Shown in pieces: positions 36,480 through 48,689 of a stretch of DNA of 64,000 nucleotides (its first letter is position 1; each line of letters starts with the position of its first letter). The notes under the pieces are model-generated. The model was not told the origin of the DNA. It saw only the letters and a program-made list of their open reading frames with translations, and ran no database searches. A program made the translations under genes and the position numbers. The stretch is from Mobula hypostoma (taxonomy: Eukaryota). The stretch spans positions 236,902,001 through 236,966,000 of the forward strand of contig NC_086098.1 of NCBI RefSeq assembly GCF_963921235.1, given 5' to 3'.

Positions 36480-37145
36480 ATATGGAAGTTTGTTTGATCG
36501 CTGAGCTTTGCAAAAGTGTGCAGTCGTCTCGGCTCCAATCGAGAAGCCGTCATAAGCTCGCAGTTGGCGCTGTCTCCCCAGAATGGCGGCTTTTATACTT
36601 CCTAGAGGTTAGAATGGATATTGATTATTCGTCGTGACCTGGTTGGCTGGTTCAGAACGCTGTGAACAGTTTAGTGGTAGAATGTTCTGGCTGGCTAGCT
36701 TCCGGGGAGGTCAGTTGGAAGTGTTTGCTTAGCTGTCTAGATCCCGAGATTACTGGCGATTCGTTGATTGCTGACGTCGTTCTTCTCTTTTCTCCATAAG
36801 GCTTCATATATCGGATCTAAGTCGATGTGATTGTTGAGCTTCCGTTCTGTAGAGAACCACGCTTCAAGAAATTCTCATTCTTTTCTTGTTCTTGTTTACG
36901 TCAAGACTCTGGCTGTCGTCCAATTGAACTAGTATTCTTCTTCATCTTCATGAGCTGATACTAGCGAGAGTGCGTCATGCCTTCTGCTCGCTGGCTGATA
37001 CTCATGAAGCCTGGGTGATAGTTTTCTTCCAGTTTGGCTAACGTAGTGCTTGTCACTACACTGGATTTTGTAGATAACATTTGTTCTATCAGTCGCACTT
37101 TGTTGCACTTCGAGTTTTGATAGTATCCTCCTCAAGGTTGCATTC
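36480..37145 (-). mobile_element. Decayed Penelope-like element (GIY-YIG), with an inverted piece at 37200-37447 (+)
   Basis: NVIYKIQC...YV.QTGRKL..RLHEY on minus and YVKNVSEVAARLL...TLRR on plus. Confidence 0.8.
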
Positions 37146-37939
37146 AAGAGGATTGAGTCCTGTTCCAACATCACAGACACAAAACTGAAAAAAAGAAACA
37201 CACCTCTTCAAGACTTTTCAACAGAATGGTCATCCAGGAAACTTCATCCGACGGCGCCTTAAGGTCAGAAACCCGAATATACAAACTGCACGAAGGACCA
37301 AATCGCGAATTGTATTGCGGTATGTAAAGAACGTCTCGGAGGTGGCAGCAAGACTGCTTCAGCACCACAACATCACAATTGCTCGCAAAGCGACTGTAAC
37401 TTTGCGGAGGAACCTATTAAAACATAAAGCGAAACAAAACGTGACTGCTCGGCGATCAACCAAACTTGGAAACTTTGAATCTATCATCATTAATTAGAAC
37501 TCTGGCTTTCAATTTTTTTTTCTGCATAAATAGATGACCTCACGTATTTTCCACATTTTATTCCATTCCTTCTACACTCGAAAGCTTATCTAATCTTTCA
37601 AACATCGTTCTAGCAAACCAGAGTATCATCAGCAATCAGGGAGATATTTCACCTAGTTCCCTCGTTTAAGCATTTTGATACTGTATATGTTCTGAACCGT
37701 TTGAGTAGTTTCTATGGTAATACCTTTTGTAGCCCCTCACAGACGACAGTCAACATGCTTATCCTCTAATGCATTTGTTCTTTTGAGCAGCGTACTCGAA
37801 AGTCTCCAACCGACTTGTCGAACAAGATTTCCCATACCAATTCCCAAGTGTTCTCTTTTAAATTTCTTTAATAGTATATTTTAGCATGTCTACGGACCTG
37901 AGACTAGAAAAGGAAGCATTTTGTAGGTCTGTCTTCTCC

Positions 37940-38175
37940 AAACTCTTTGCCTGTCTGTCTCGCTCTCTCTCTCTCTCTCTCTCTGTCCTTCTCTCTCCAT
38001 CTCTGTCTCTCTTCCACTTTCTTTCCTTTTCTCTGCTCCTTCTCTCTCCCTTCCTCTCTCTCGGTCACTCTTTCTCTCCTTCTGTCTACCTCGTTACTCT
38101 CTCTTTTCCCTACTCTCCCTGTCTTCCCTCCCTCTAGATCTTTCTTTCGCATTGTCTTTCTCTCACTGTCCACTT
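37940..38175. repeat. CT-rich low-complexity tract (similar tracts at 11040-11260, 39150-39330 and 58540-58685)
   Basis: Read directly. Confidence 0.9.
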
Positions 38176-39846
38176 TCACTCTTCTCTTTCGATCTGTGAA
38201 ACTAATTTCACATTGTGTCGAAACTTTGCAATATGCAAACAAGAGCACCCGTTATCAGACACCACGATCCGCAAAATTTCTTTGCCGTTTAATTCTGCAA
38301 CGCCATTTTCTTACTGTGCCAATACATTCAGCGTCACGCCGGCATGTCATTCTACAATACTTACCGGAAAATTTCTTTGTATCTTCATGCATTTGTTTAA
38401 CGTCATTCCCCTTTCCTTATTTGCATTTCTAATAGAGCCATTCTCAGTCTGAAACGAATCCACTGCTATTTTGTACATTGTCTTATATGTTTATAGAATA
38501 AATTTCCTTTGTCTTGACGGATACTGTCACCGAATTCCAGCATTTTCTTTTCTTCCATTAGTTCCCAAGATTACCTTTGCTGATCTATCAAAGAAGCTGT
38601 CATGGTCCCTTCTGGCAATCCCCCACCTTGCTTTTTACCTCAGGAATTGGGCCTCAATCCCCCCCCCCCCGTTTTATTTCCGATCATTCCCAGGTTCCAC
38701 TGACTGCACACACCTGCTTTCAATCAGAAAATGCAGGATAAAGACCCTGTGATCAGAACAAGGAGCTGCCGTTCGTCGGTAGACTCCGGTGTGAGTAACC
38801 TCGTTTCATGGTTCTTAGGACTGTCAGTTATAAGTCTAGCATCGCTCCTGGATTCTCTCCAAACCCAAGACTTCAGGTAAGGACTCTCCTGGAAACCGAT
38901 TCCACGCTCGCTACGGCAATAACGCCTCCCGACTCTGCCGCCGCGCACGTGTTCTGCACTTGGGTTCGTCCACCACCACGCTAGTGTAACAGAAGCTGCA
39001 ATTACTGGAGGGAAATAAATCGCAAATCGAGTTTGAAAATCGTTTGCAGAAATTGTAATTCGCTACAGTTTCAAGATATGGAATTAAATATCGTAGTAGT
39101 CTAGTAATTCTGAGAAGGAACGAAGAGTTGGAGATTGTGAGCGAGGAGGTGGAAAGAGAGAAAGATAGAGTGAAGGAAGAGACAGATAGACAAAAGAGGT
39201 GAGAGAAGAGAGAGAGGGAGAAAGGGAGACATAGAGAGTGAGAACGTGAAAGAGAGAAAGAAAGTGAGAGAGGGAGGGAGAATGAGAAAGAGAAAGAGAG
39301 GAGGAAAGAAATAAAGGAAGAGAGAGAATGCCTGCAGGGAATGAAATCTTAGGGTAGTATATAATGATATAAACGTGCATTAATAATGAATCTACTCCTT
39401 AAACTCACAATCCATCAAGTGTCTGCCTCGCCTTAATCACCAAATTTAATCGCAACACGGATGAGAGTGTCTTCAGACCTCACTGCCCAAGGTTCTGGAA
39501 TTCTATAATTCTCTCCACCTCTCTGTCCTCCTGTACCTTGAGGATTAAATGCACTTTTAACTTCACCGTGCTCAACCTGCTTCATTATGCGCCCCGGGGT
39601 CCACCTACTCACTTTTTTGTCGGGAACATCTATGAGAAAGAATATAGTCAGCATTTCAGGCCGAGATCCTGCATCAGGACTGGATAAACTAGACTTAGGT
39701 ATGGAAGGGCCATTGCACAGGAGTGGAAAACGCTTCAGAAAATTTAAAACTCAGCCAGCTCCATCATGGGCACTAGCCTTTCTGGCATCGAGGACACCTT
39801 CAAAACGCAATGGCACAAAAAGGTCCCCTGAACGGACAATCAACAA

Positions 39847-42800
39847 ATAGAACCATAGAACCATAGAAACTACAGCACAGAACAGGCCTTTTGGCCCTTC
39901 TTGGCTGTGCCGAACCATTTTCTGCCTAGTCCCACTGACCTGCACACGGACCATATCCCTCCATACACCTCCCATCCATGTATCTGTCCAATTTATTCTT
40001 ACTTGTTAAAAAAGAACCCGCATTTACCACCTCGTCTGGCAGCTCATTCCATACTCCCACCACTCTCTGTGTGAAGAAGCCCCCACTAATGTTCCCTTTA
40101 AACTTTTCCCCCCTCACCCTTAACCCATGTCCTCCGGTTTTTTTCTCCCCTTGCCTCAGTGGAAAAAGCCTGCTTGCATTCACTCTATCTATACCCATCA
40201 TAATTTTATATACCTCTATCAAATCTCCCCCCATTCTTCTACACTCCAGGGAATAAAATCCTAACCTATTCAACCTTTCTCTGTAACTGAGTTTCTCAAG
40301 TCCCGGCAACATCTTTGTAAACCTTCTCTGCACTCTTTCAACTTTATTTATATCCTTCCTGTAATTTGGTGACCAAAACTGAACACAATACTCCAGATAC
40401 GGTCTCACCAATGCCTTATACAACCTCATCATAACATTCCAGCTTTTATACTCAATACTTTGATTAATAAAGGCCAATGTACCAAAAGCTCTCTTTACGA
40501 CCCTATCTACCTGTGACGCCACTTTTAGGGAATTTTGTAGCTGTATTCCCAGATCCCTCTGTTCTACTGCACTCCTCAGTGCCTTACCATTAACCCTATA
40601 TGTTCTACCTTGGTTTGTCCTTCCAACGTGCAATACCTCACACTTGTCTGTATTAAACTCCATCTGCCATTTTTCAGCCCATTTTTCCAGCTGGTCCAAG
40701 TCCCTCTGCAGGCTCTGAAAAACTTCCTCACTGTCTACTACACCTCCAATCTTTGTATCATCAGCAAATTTGCTGATCCAATTTACCCCACTATCATCCA
40801 GATCATTGATATAGATGACAAATAACAATGGACCCAGCACTGATCCCTGTGGCACACCACTAGTCACAGGCCTCCAGTCAGAGAAGCAATTCTCTACTAC
40901 CACTCTTTGGCTTCTTCCATTGAGCCAATGTCCGATCCAATCTACCACCTCTCCATGTATACCTAGCGACTGACTTTTCCTAACTAACCTCCCATGCGGG
41001 ACCTTGTCAAAGGCCTTACTGAAGTCCATGTAGACAATATCCACTGCCTTCCCTTCATCCACTTTCCTGGTAACCTCCTCGAAAAACTCCAATAGATTGG
41101 TCAAACATGACCTGCCACGCACAAAGCCATGTTGACTCTCCCTAATAAGTCCCTGTCTATGCAAATGCTTGTAGATTCTGTCTCTTAGTACTCCCTCCAA
41201 TAACTTACCTACTACCGACGTTAAACTTACCAGCCTATGATTTCCTGGATTACTTTTCGATCCTTTTTTAAACAAGGGAACAACATGAGCCACTCTCCAA
41301 TCTCTGGCACCTCACTTGTAGACAGCGACGTTTTAAATATTTCTGCCAGGGCCCCTGCAATTTCAACACCAGTCTCCTTCAAGGTTCGAGGGAATACCCT
41401 GTCAGGTCCCGGGGATTTATCCACTTTAGTTTTCCTCAAGACAGCAAGGACCTCCTCCTTTTCGATCTGTACGGTTTCCATGATCTCACTACTTGTTTCC
41501 CCTAATTCCATAGACTTCATGCCAGTTTCCTTAGTAAATACAGACGCAAAAAACCTATTTAAGATCTCCCCCATTTCCTTTGGTTCCGCACATAGGTGAC
41601 CAATCTGATCTTCAAGAGGACCAATTTTATCCCTTACAATCCTTTTGCTCTTAATATACCTGTAAAAGCTCTTTGGATTATCCTTCACTTTGACTGCCAA
41701 TGCAACCTCATGTCTTCTTTTACCCCTCCTGATTTCTTTCTTAAGTATTTTCTTGCACTTCTTATACTCCTCAAGCAACTTATTTACTCCCTGCTTCCTA
41801 TACATTTCATACAACTCCCTCTTCTTCTTTATCAGAGTTGCAATATCCCTTGAGAACCAAGGTTCCTTATTCCTACTCACGTTGACTTTAATCCTGACAG
41901 GAACATACAAATTCTGCACTCTCAAAATTTCTCCTTTGAAGGCTTCCCACCTACCGATCACATCCTCGCCAGAGAACAACCTGTCCCAATCCACGCTTTT
42001 TAGATCCTTTCTCATTTCTTCAAATTTGGCCTTCTTCCAGTTAAGAACCTCAACCCTAGGACCAGATCTATCCTTGTCCATGATCAAATTGAAACTAATG
42101 GTGTTATGATCACTGGAACCAAAGTGCTCCCCTACACAGACTTCCGTCACTTGTCCTAACTCTTTTCCTAACAGGAGATCCAATATTGCATCCCCTCTCG
42201 TTGGTCCCTCTATATATTGATTTAGAAAACTTTCCTGAACACATTTTACAAACTCTAAACCATCTAGACCCCTAACAGTATGGGAGTCCCAATCAATATA
42301 TGGAAAATTAAATTCCCCTACCACCACAACTTTTTGTTTCCTGCAGTCGCCTGCTATGTCTCTGCAGATTTGCTCTTCCAATTCTCGTTGACTGTTGGGT
42401 GGTCTGTAATACAATCCCACTAATGTGGCCATACCTTTCCTGTTTCTCAGCTCCACCCATAAGGACTCAGTAGACAAGCCCTCTAATCTGTCCTGCCTAG
42501 GCACTGCTGTAATATTTTCCCTAACAAGCAATGCTACTCCCCCACCTTTCATTCCTCTGCCTCGATCACATCTGAAACATCGGAACGCTGGAATATTAAG
42601 CTGCCAGTCCTGCCCCTCCTGTAGCCAAGTTTCACTAATTGCTATAACGTCATAATTCCACGTGTCAATCCACGTCCTCAACTCATCCGCCTTCCACGCA
42701 ATACTCCTAGCATTGAAATATATACACCTCAGAAGATTTTCACCACCACTCACTACCTTTCTATGAGCGGATTTGCTTGAAATTTTAACATCACTTTATT

Positions 42801-43995
42801 TTCACCCCAGCCACACTGTCAGCTCTGCCACTCTGGTTCCCATCCCCCGGCAAATCTAGTTTAAAACATCCCCAATAGCACTATCAAACCTCCCGGAAAG
42901 GACATTGGTCCCCCTGTAGTTCAAGTGTAACCCGTCTCTCTTGTACAGGTCCCACCTGCCGCAGAAGAGGTCCCAATGATCCTGAAATCTGAAACCCTGC
43001 CCCTACACCAGTTCCTCAGCCACTTGTTCATCCTCCAGAGCATCCTATTCCTACCCTCACTGGCATGTAGCATAGGTAGCAATCCTGAGATTACCACCCT
43101 CGAGGTCCTGCTTTTCAACTTCCTACCAAGCTCTCTATATTCACTCTCCAGGACCTCCTCACTCTTCTTTGCTATGTCATTGGTACCGATATGCACCACG
43201 ACATCTGGCTGATCACCCTCTCACTTCAGAATGTCATGCAATCTATCAGAGACATCCTTGACCCTGGCACCCGGGAGGCAACAAACCAGCCTGGATTCTC
43301 TGTCACAACCACAGAACCTCCTATCTGCACCTCTAACTATCGAGTCCCCCATCACTACCGCTCTCCTCTTTTTCCACCCTCCCTTCTGCACTGCAGAGCC
43401 AGACCCAGTGCCAGAGATCCGGCTACTGCAGCTTGTCCCAGGTAAGTCATCCCCCCCCCCCAACAGTATCCAATGCGGTATACTTGTTGTTGAGGGGAAT
43501 GGCCACAGAGGAACCCTGCTCTGCCTGCCCTTTCCTCTTCCCTCGCCTGACAGTGACACAGTTTCCTGTCCTCTGCTCCTCTGGCGTAACTACCTCCCTG
43601 TAGCTACTATCTATAATCTCCTCATTCTCCCGAATGATCCGCAGGTCATCCAGCTCCTGCTCCAGTTCCCTAACGCGGTTTGTTAGGAGCTGCAGCTGGA
43701 TGCACTTCTTGCAGGTGTCGTTGTCAGGGACACCGGAGGGCTCCCTGACTTCCCACAGCCTGCAAGAGGAGCATTCCAACATCCTGCCTGGCATTCTCTC
43801 TACTCTAAACAATCTGAACAAAAAACTTACCGGAACCTATCCCGGCCTGTTCCTGTTCTCACCGAAGCCTGTTGAGCTAAAGCCATCCCACTCTGACTCA
43901 GTCGACTCCGACGATGGCCGCTGTATATGGTGGTCTGCTTTTCAAACCTTGGCGCGCTACGTCACGCGCCTGCGCAGTGCAGACCCTTCTCCCCG
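39847..43995 (-). mobile_element. Near full-length CR1 LINE
   Basis: ORF1 (Cys-rich/coiled coil plus SGNH) at 42900-43821. ORF2 is split into 41227-42753 and 39926-41293 by one frameshift, with FADD intact. (atagaacc)n tail. The 5' boundary is approximate. Confidence 0.95.
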
Positions 43996-44379
43996 AGCAG
44001 GGCTAAAAAAAACGACTTTTTTTACCCGAGTTCTTTCACTCCCTTCTTCAGCTGCTTGTACACAACATGTACACAACTTCAGTCTATTTCTTCTTTTTCT
44101 CTGTTATTCTACGAATTACTTATTTTAATTTAAAAAGCATATTTCTCAATGTGATTTATAGTTTTTATGATTATGTATTGCAAGGTACTACTGCCGCATA
44201 ACAACAGATTTAACGTCATATTCCAACGATATTAAACCGGATTCTGCTTACATTATAACGGAATATAGAGTCGAAATCAAAACGGAGACTCTACAGTACC
44301 AAACGTATTATAAACAATCACACTATTTCCCAATTTCTGATTCTTACCTTTAATTATTTCTCTATACAAATTAATAGAT

Positions 44380-45140
44380 TACCCCAGTTAATGTTAAAGG
44401 TTTACAGCGAGGAAAGCTATCAAAGGTTGCAGCAGGATCGAAAACAATTGGAATAATTGGCTGGAAAAATGGCACGCGGAATTTACTGGAGACTAATGTG
44501 ATTTTTTTGCACTTTGGGAGGACAAACCAGGGTAGGACTTACACAGTGAACGGTCAGGCACCGAAGAGTCTGGGAAGACAGTCCAATAATCTCCTTGAGA
44601 GTGACGTCACAGGTTGATAGGCTCATAAAGAGTATTGTGAACATGAGTTGAAATGTTATGTTAAAGTTATATTTAGTGACGCAAAATTTGGAGTACTGCG
44701 TGCTGTTCTGGTTTTTTGACTACAAGAAATTAATCAAAACGATTGAAAGAGTGCAGAGAAAATTCACGGGAGTTGTTGCTGGGACTTGAGGACCTGAGTT
44801 ATAGGGAGATGTTGAGCAGGGTGGGACTTTATCCCCGCAAGTGCAGGGCACTGTGAGGAGATTTGATAGAGGTATACAAAATTATGAGGGGCATAGATAG
44901 GGTAAATGCAAGCAGGCGTTTTTCACTGAATTGAGTGAGTTTACAGCCAGAGGTTAAGGGTGAATGCTGAAATGTTTAAGAAAAACATGAGAGGGAACTT
45001 CTGTCAGACGGCGGTGCGAGTGTGGAAAAAGCTGCCAGTGTAAATGGTGGACGTTGTTCGCTTGCCGCATTTAAAAGAAGTTCTGTTAGGTACATTGATG
45101 GGAGGTGTATGGAAGGCATTGGTCCGGGTGCGTCTCGTGA
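44380..45140 (+). mobile_element. Decayed CR1 3' fragment
   Basis: RT C-terminal remnants (gaaagagtgcagagaaaattcac, gatttgatagaggtatacaaaattatgaggggcatagatagg). Confidence 0.75.
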
Positions 45141-45259
45141 ATAGCTGCTTTCTCCTGCCACTACATGATCAGTAGCACTTGGAGTAGCTCACCATTCCAT
45201 GGAAATCTTAACGTTTTATGCCCAGTAATATTTACAATTTAGTGGAAAATCAATTTAGA

Positions 45260-45775
45260 ATGCATTGCAGTTGATATGCAGAGACAGTGGAGGAGGGTCC
45301 CTCCGTTGGTCGAGGTCGACCATGGACGTTGCGTTCTAGCTGTCGGACGCAAGCTAGGGCAGTCCAATGTGGACAGCAAGCTGTTGTCCATGCACGTGGT
45401 CACCCCTCTCCACGCTGCTAATGAATCTAAAGGAACGGCAGAGACCGACACAGCTTGGCACTAGCGGCGGCGCAGGAGTTGCCAGTCAACGTTGAACTCA
45501 ACATTGGATAGCCTTAGCGATTCCAGCTCCGTATTTTACCTCGGAGTTTACTCCTGATGCCTTCCCCATGAGCGGGTGTAGTCGTAAGGCAGCAAAGTTT
45601 GACATCGGAGTTTTTCTTCTCTGAAATGAGCCGCCAACCATTGCTGACGAGCCATATCTGCCCGGAGCGACTAGTTTTCAGGCGCCATTAACCCACTTTT
45701 GTTCCCTTCTCTTGTCAGTAGAAACGTTCTGCAGCGCTTAGTAACTTAGCCACACGTGATGGCCAGGACGCACCT
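45260..45775 (-). mobile_element. RTE-clade (BovB-like) LINE 5' UTR fragment
   Basis: Resembles RTE/BovB 5' UTRs as I recall them (ggcaactcctgcg, gcgtggagagggg, ggggaaggc..ggagtaaac). Not checked against a database. Confidence 0.5.
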
Positions 45776-46439
45776 ATTGGGAACATTTAATAGATAGCGG
45801 GAAGATGTCTCCTCTACCTCTCCGAATCTTAACGAATCAGCGTGGATACGGAAGATAACCTATTCTCTGAACATAGGAAATAGGTCAGTGCGGCACGTTT
45901 TTATGATTTTTTGCATTTAACTAAGTATTTTGCAATGGTTTGTATGCAATCTTGGAATAGGAAAAGCATGCACTGAAAGTGTGCTCACGGCTGCGTTATT
46001 CGCTCTCTTTCGGAAGACATGGTGAGTGATCGAAACAAGAACTTACATGAAACTTATTCACACTCTCCATTGGTCTCGGGATTTCTCTCACTGTTCAATT
46101 GCACAGAATGATATTGCGTCGTAGAGAGCGGGAGTAAAGACGGCGAAACTGAGAGAATTCGCAATCATACTTCTTTACAAACGAGCTGAGAGATTTCATT
46201 GTTGGGGACCTGTTGTACCAATCTAATCTCCCTGTCAGTCAATCGCTTCATTTCAAGAACTAACAATATGAACAACTGCTACTTTGCTCTGCAAGTATGT
46301 CCTTCCATATATTTAGATAGCAAAAGCATACACTGGGTTCTCATCAGTCTCGTCCAAACTTGCAATAAATCTCCTCTACGTATGTATTTCATACGTTTTG
46401 TAATAAAGACCAACATTCCATGAAATTTCCTAATTACCT

Positions 46440-46682
46440 ATGGTACCCTTATGCCAGTCATAGAGTTTAATATGTGGCTTCCTGCGAGCACTTCGGTGTC
46501 CTGCCTCATTTCCAAGACATACGGATTAGGGTTTAGTAATTTGTGGGCATACTACGTTGGCGCCGGAAACATGACGCCACTTGCGAGCTGCCCAACACAT
46601 TCTTCGCTGATTTGATTTTACGAGAACGACCTATTTTACTGCATGTTGGATGCACGTGACAAATAAAGCCAATCTTTTAACT
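46440..46682 (+). mobile_element. V-SINE (HE1-like) 3' part
   Basis: ccaagacatacggattagg...gttggcgccggaa...gtgacaaataaagccaatctt. Confidence 0.65.
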
Positions 46683-47230
46683 TTGCGTTATTTTATTTAC
46701 GTTCCTTGATTTATTTTGTATTTTGAATTATTTGCAACATACTTGACTGCCTTACTATTTTTAAACGTGTTTAAAACTGTTGGCAGGTTTAATTGTACCA
46801 ACTAACCAGGCGAGGGCGTCATATACCCGACTGTTCATTTGATTCCTATCTTACAGACATGATTACGCTCCAGAAACAGTGTAACTAATATGGTAATTCA
46901 TAGTCAGTGAAAGTCCAGGCAAGGGTTGACAGCACCCAACCAGCGCAGAAACATCAGAAGACCATAAGGCATAGGAGTAGACTTAGGACATTCGGCCCAT
47001 TGAATTTGCTACGCTACTCCATTATAGCTAATCTACTGTCCTTATCAATTCCATTTTCTTGCCTTCTGCTTGTAATCGTTGACATTCTGACTAATCAGGA
47101 AATTAACAACCTCCGCTATAAATATACTCACTGACCTGGCTTCCACAGCCGACCTTGACAATGTATTCCGCAGATTCAATATTCTTTAATTAAAGAATTT
47201 CCTTCACATCTCTGACGAAATGAGGTTTCT

Positions 47231-47407
47231 ACACAAAATGCTGGAAGAACTCAGCAGGTCAAGTATCATCTATGGAAAGGAATAAACAACTGACGTTTCG
47301 GTCCAAGACCAATAACCAGTCCCGATGCAGTGCCTCGCTCCGAATCGTCAACTCTTTATTCTTTTCCGTCTACCTAACCTGCCTAGTTCATCCAGCATTT
47401 AGTGTGT
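47231..47407. repeat. Fold-back element derived from Penelope ends
   Basis: Imperfect ~70-bp inverted arms (aaatgctggaagaactcagcagg / cctgcctagttcatccagcattt) around a decayed hammerhead core. Confidence 0.7.
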
Positions 47408-48444
47408 GTTGCTCTGAATTTCAAATATCAGCAGAATCTGTCGTGTTGACGAAGTTTCTACATTGACCAGGTGGTGTCAAACCTGTGCCATGATCATGGC
47501 TGTTGAAAGAGGACTAGATCCAACTGGGAATAACTCACAGTCATGTACAGTGGATAACAACTGTCAAATATCACCCAGCTCACAATCACTGCACCTTTAG
47601 CTGGAAACTCCTTCTTCTCAACAAGCCCATTAACCATTTATCTGCTTATAAACTTGGATTTACACCCCTCTTTTCATTCCCCTCGGAAATTGGTAAGATA
47701 TACGGCATAGAGATCGTTGAGGAGCAGAGTATGTCCTTGTACTTTTCTTTGGTTATTATGAAGATTTTTGTGGAGCACCTCTCCACCCACCCTGCAGTTC
47801 CTTCTTCTCTCCTCTCCGGCTCCCACCTTCTAACCAACCACGTACCAAATAATGGTTTGCGGTGTTATTGAATTTTCTGTGAGTGCATGGAGTGACAAGC
47901 GAAGTCCAACTTATCAGACACGCCCTCTAATAAACACCACCTTATTCAACAGACAGGATATAACTTAAGTACGTCCACATCGGCCCCGGTAGTCATCACA
48001 CGCTAAGTTCACCGTTTAGCAGCTCTGTCCCATGTGCTAACTATAGGGACCTTAGATACCAGACCAACAGGCTCAGGAACAGTTATTTCCTTTCAGCCGC
48101 TATCAGGCTCCTGATCCAGAGCAGATAATTTCACTCACTTCAGCCTGAACTGATTCCACAACCCACAGACTCACTTTCAAAGACTACAACTCATGTTCTA
48201 GGTGTTATTTACTTTTTTTTTAATTGCACATCTGTTGCTTGTCAGTCTTTGTTTGCGTCCGTTTTTTAGACTCAAAAATCTCTATCCCACATTACCAGGC
48301 TCAGGAACACTCATTACCATGCAACCATCATCTCCTGAGCCAACGTAGATAACTTCACTCACCACAGCTCTAAACTGATCCCACGATCTGTGGACTCACT
48401 TTCAATGGCTCCACAACCCATAATCTATCTATCTATCGATCTAA

Positions 48445-48465
48445 AATATATATATAAATATAAAG

Positions 48466-48530
<65 letters not shown>
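48445..48530. repeat. (TA)n(TG)n microsatellite
   Basis: Read directly. Confidence 0.97.
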
Positions 48531-48532
<2 letters not shown>

Positions 48533-48689
48533 TATTTGCGTACTTTGCACGCTTGTTGCTTGACGGTGCAGTTTTTATTGATTCTATTTCTTTGTTCTAA
48601 AGTGAATTTCTGCAAGAACACGAATCTCAACGAAGCATATAGTAACATACACGTACTTAATATGATAATAAATGTTGTTTGAACTTTGA

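Noticed and set aside
37886-38432. Leu/Ser-rich or Arg/Glu-rich ORFs (also 1524-1778, 39084-39380, 58390-58789 and 61762-62351)
   Set aside because: They are translations of CT/GA microsatellites or of the N gap.
38960-39050. Weak likeness to the cluster 3 leader (acagaagctgca)
   Set aside because: The match is too short, there is no ATG or donor in place, and the cluster 2 V relic maps to ~34 kb instead.
45920-46200. Octamer-like motifs, a GTGAGT donor and an 85-nt intron-like segment (46022-46106) resembling an Ig leader
   Set aside because: No in-frame ATG leader, all three phases hit a stop within six codons, and no V motifs follow.
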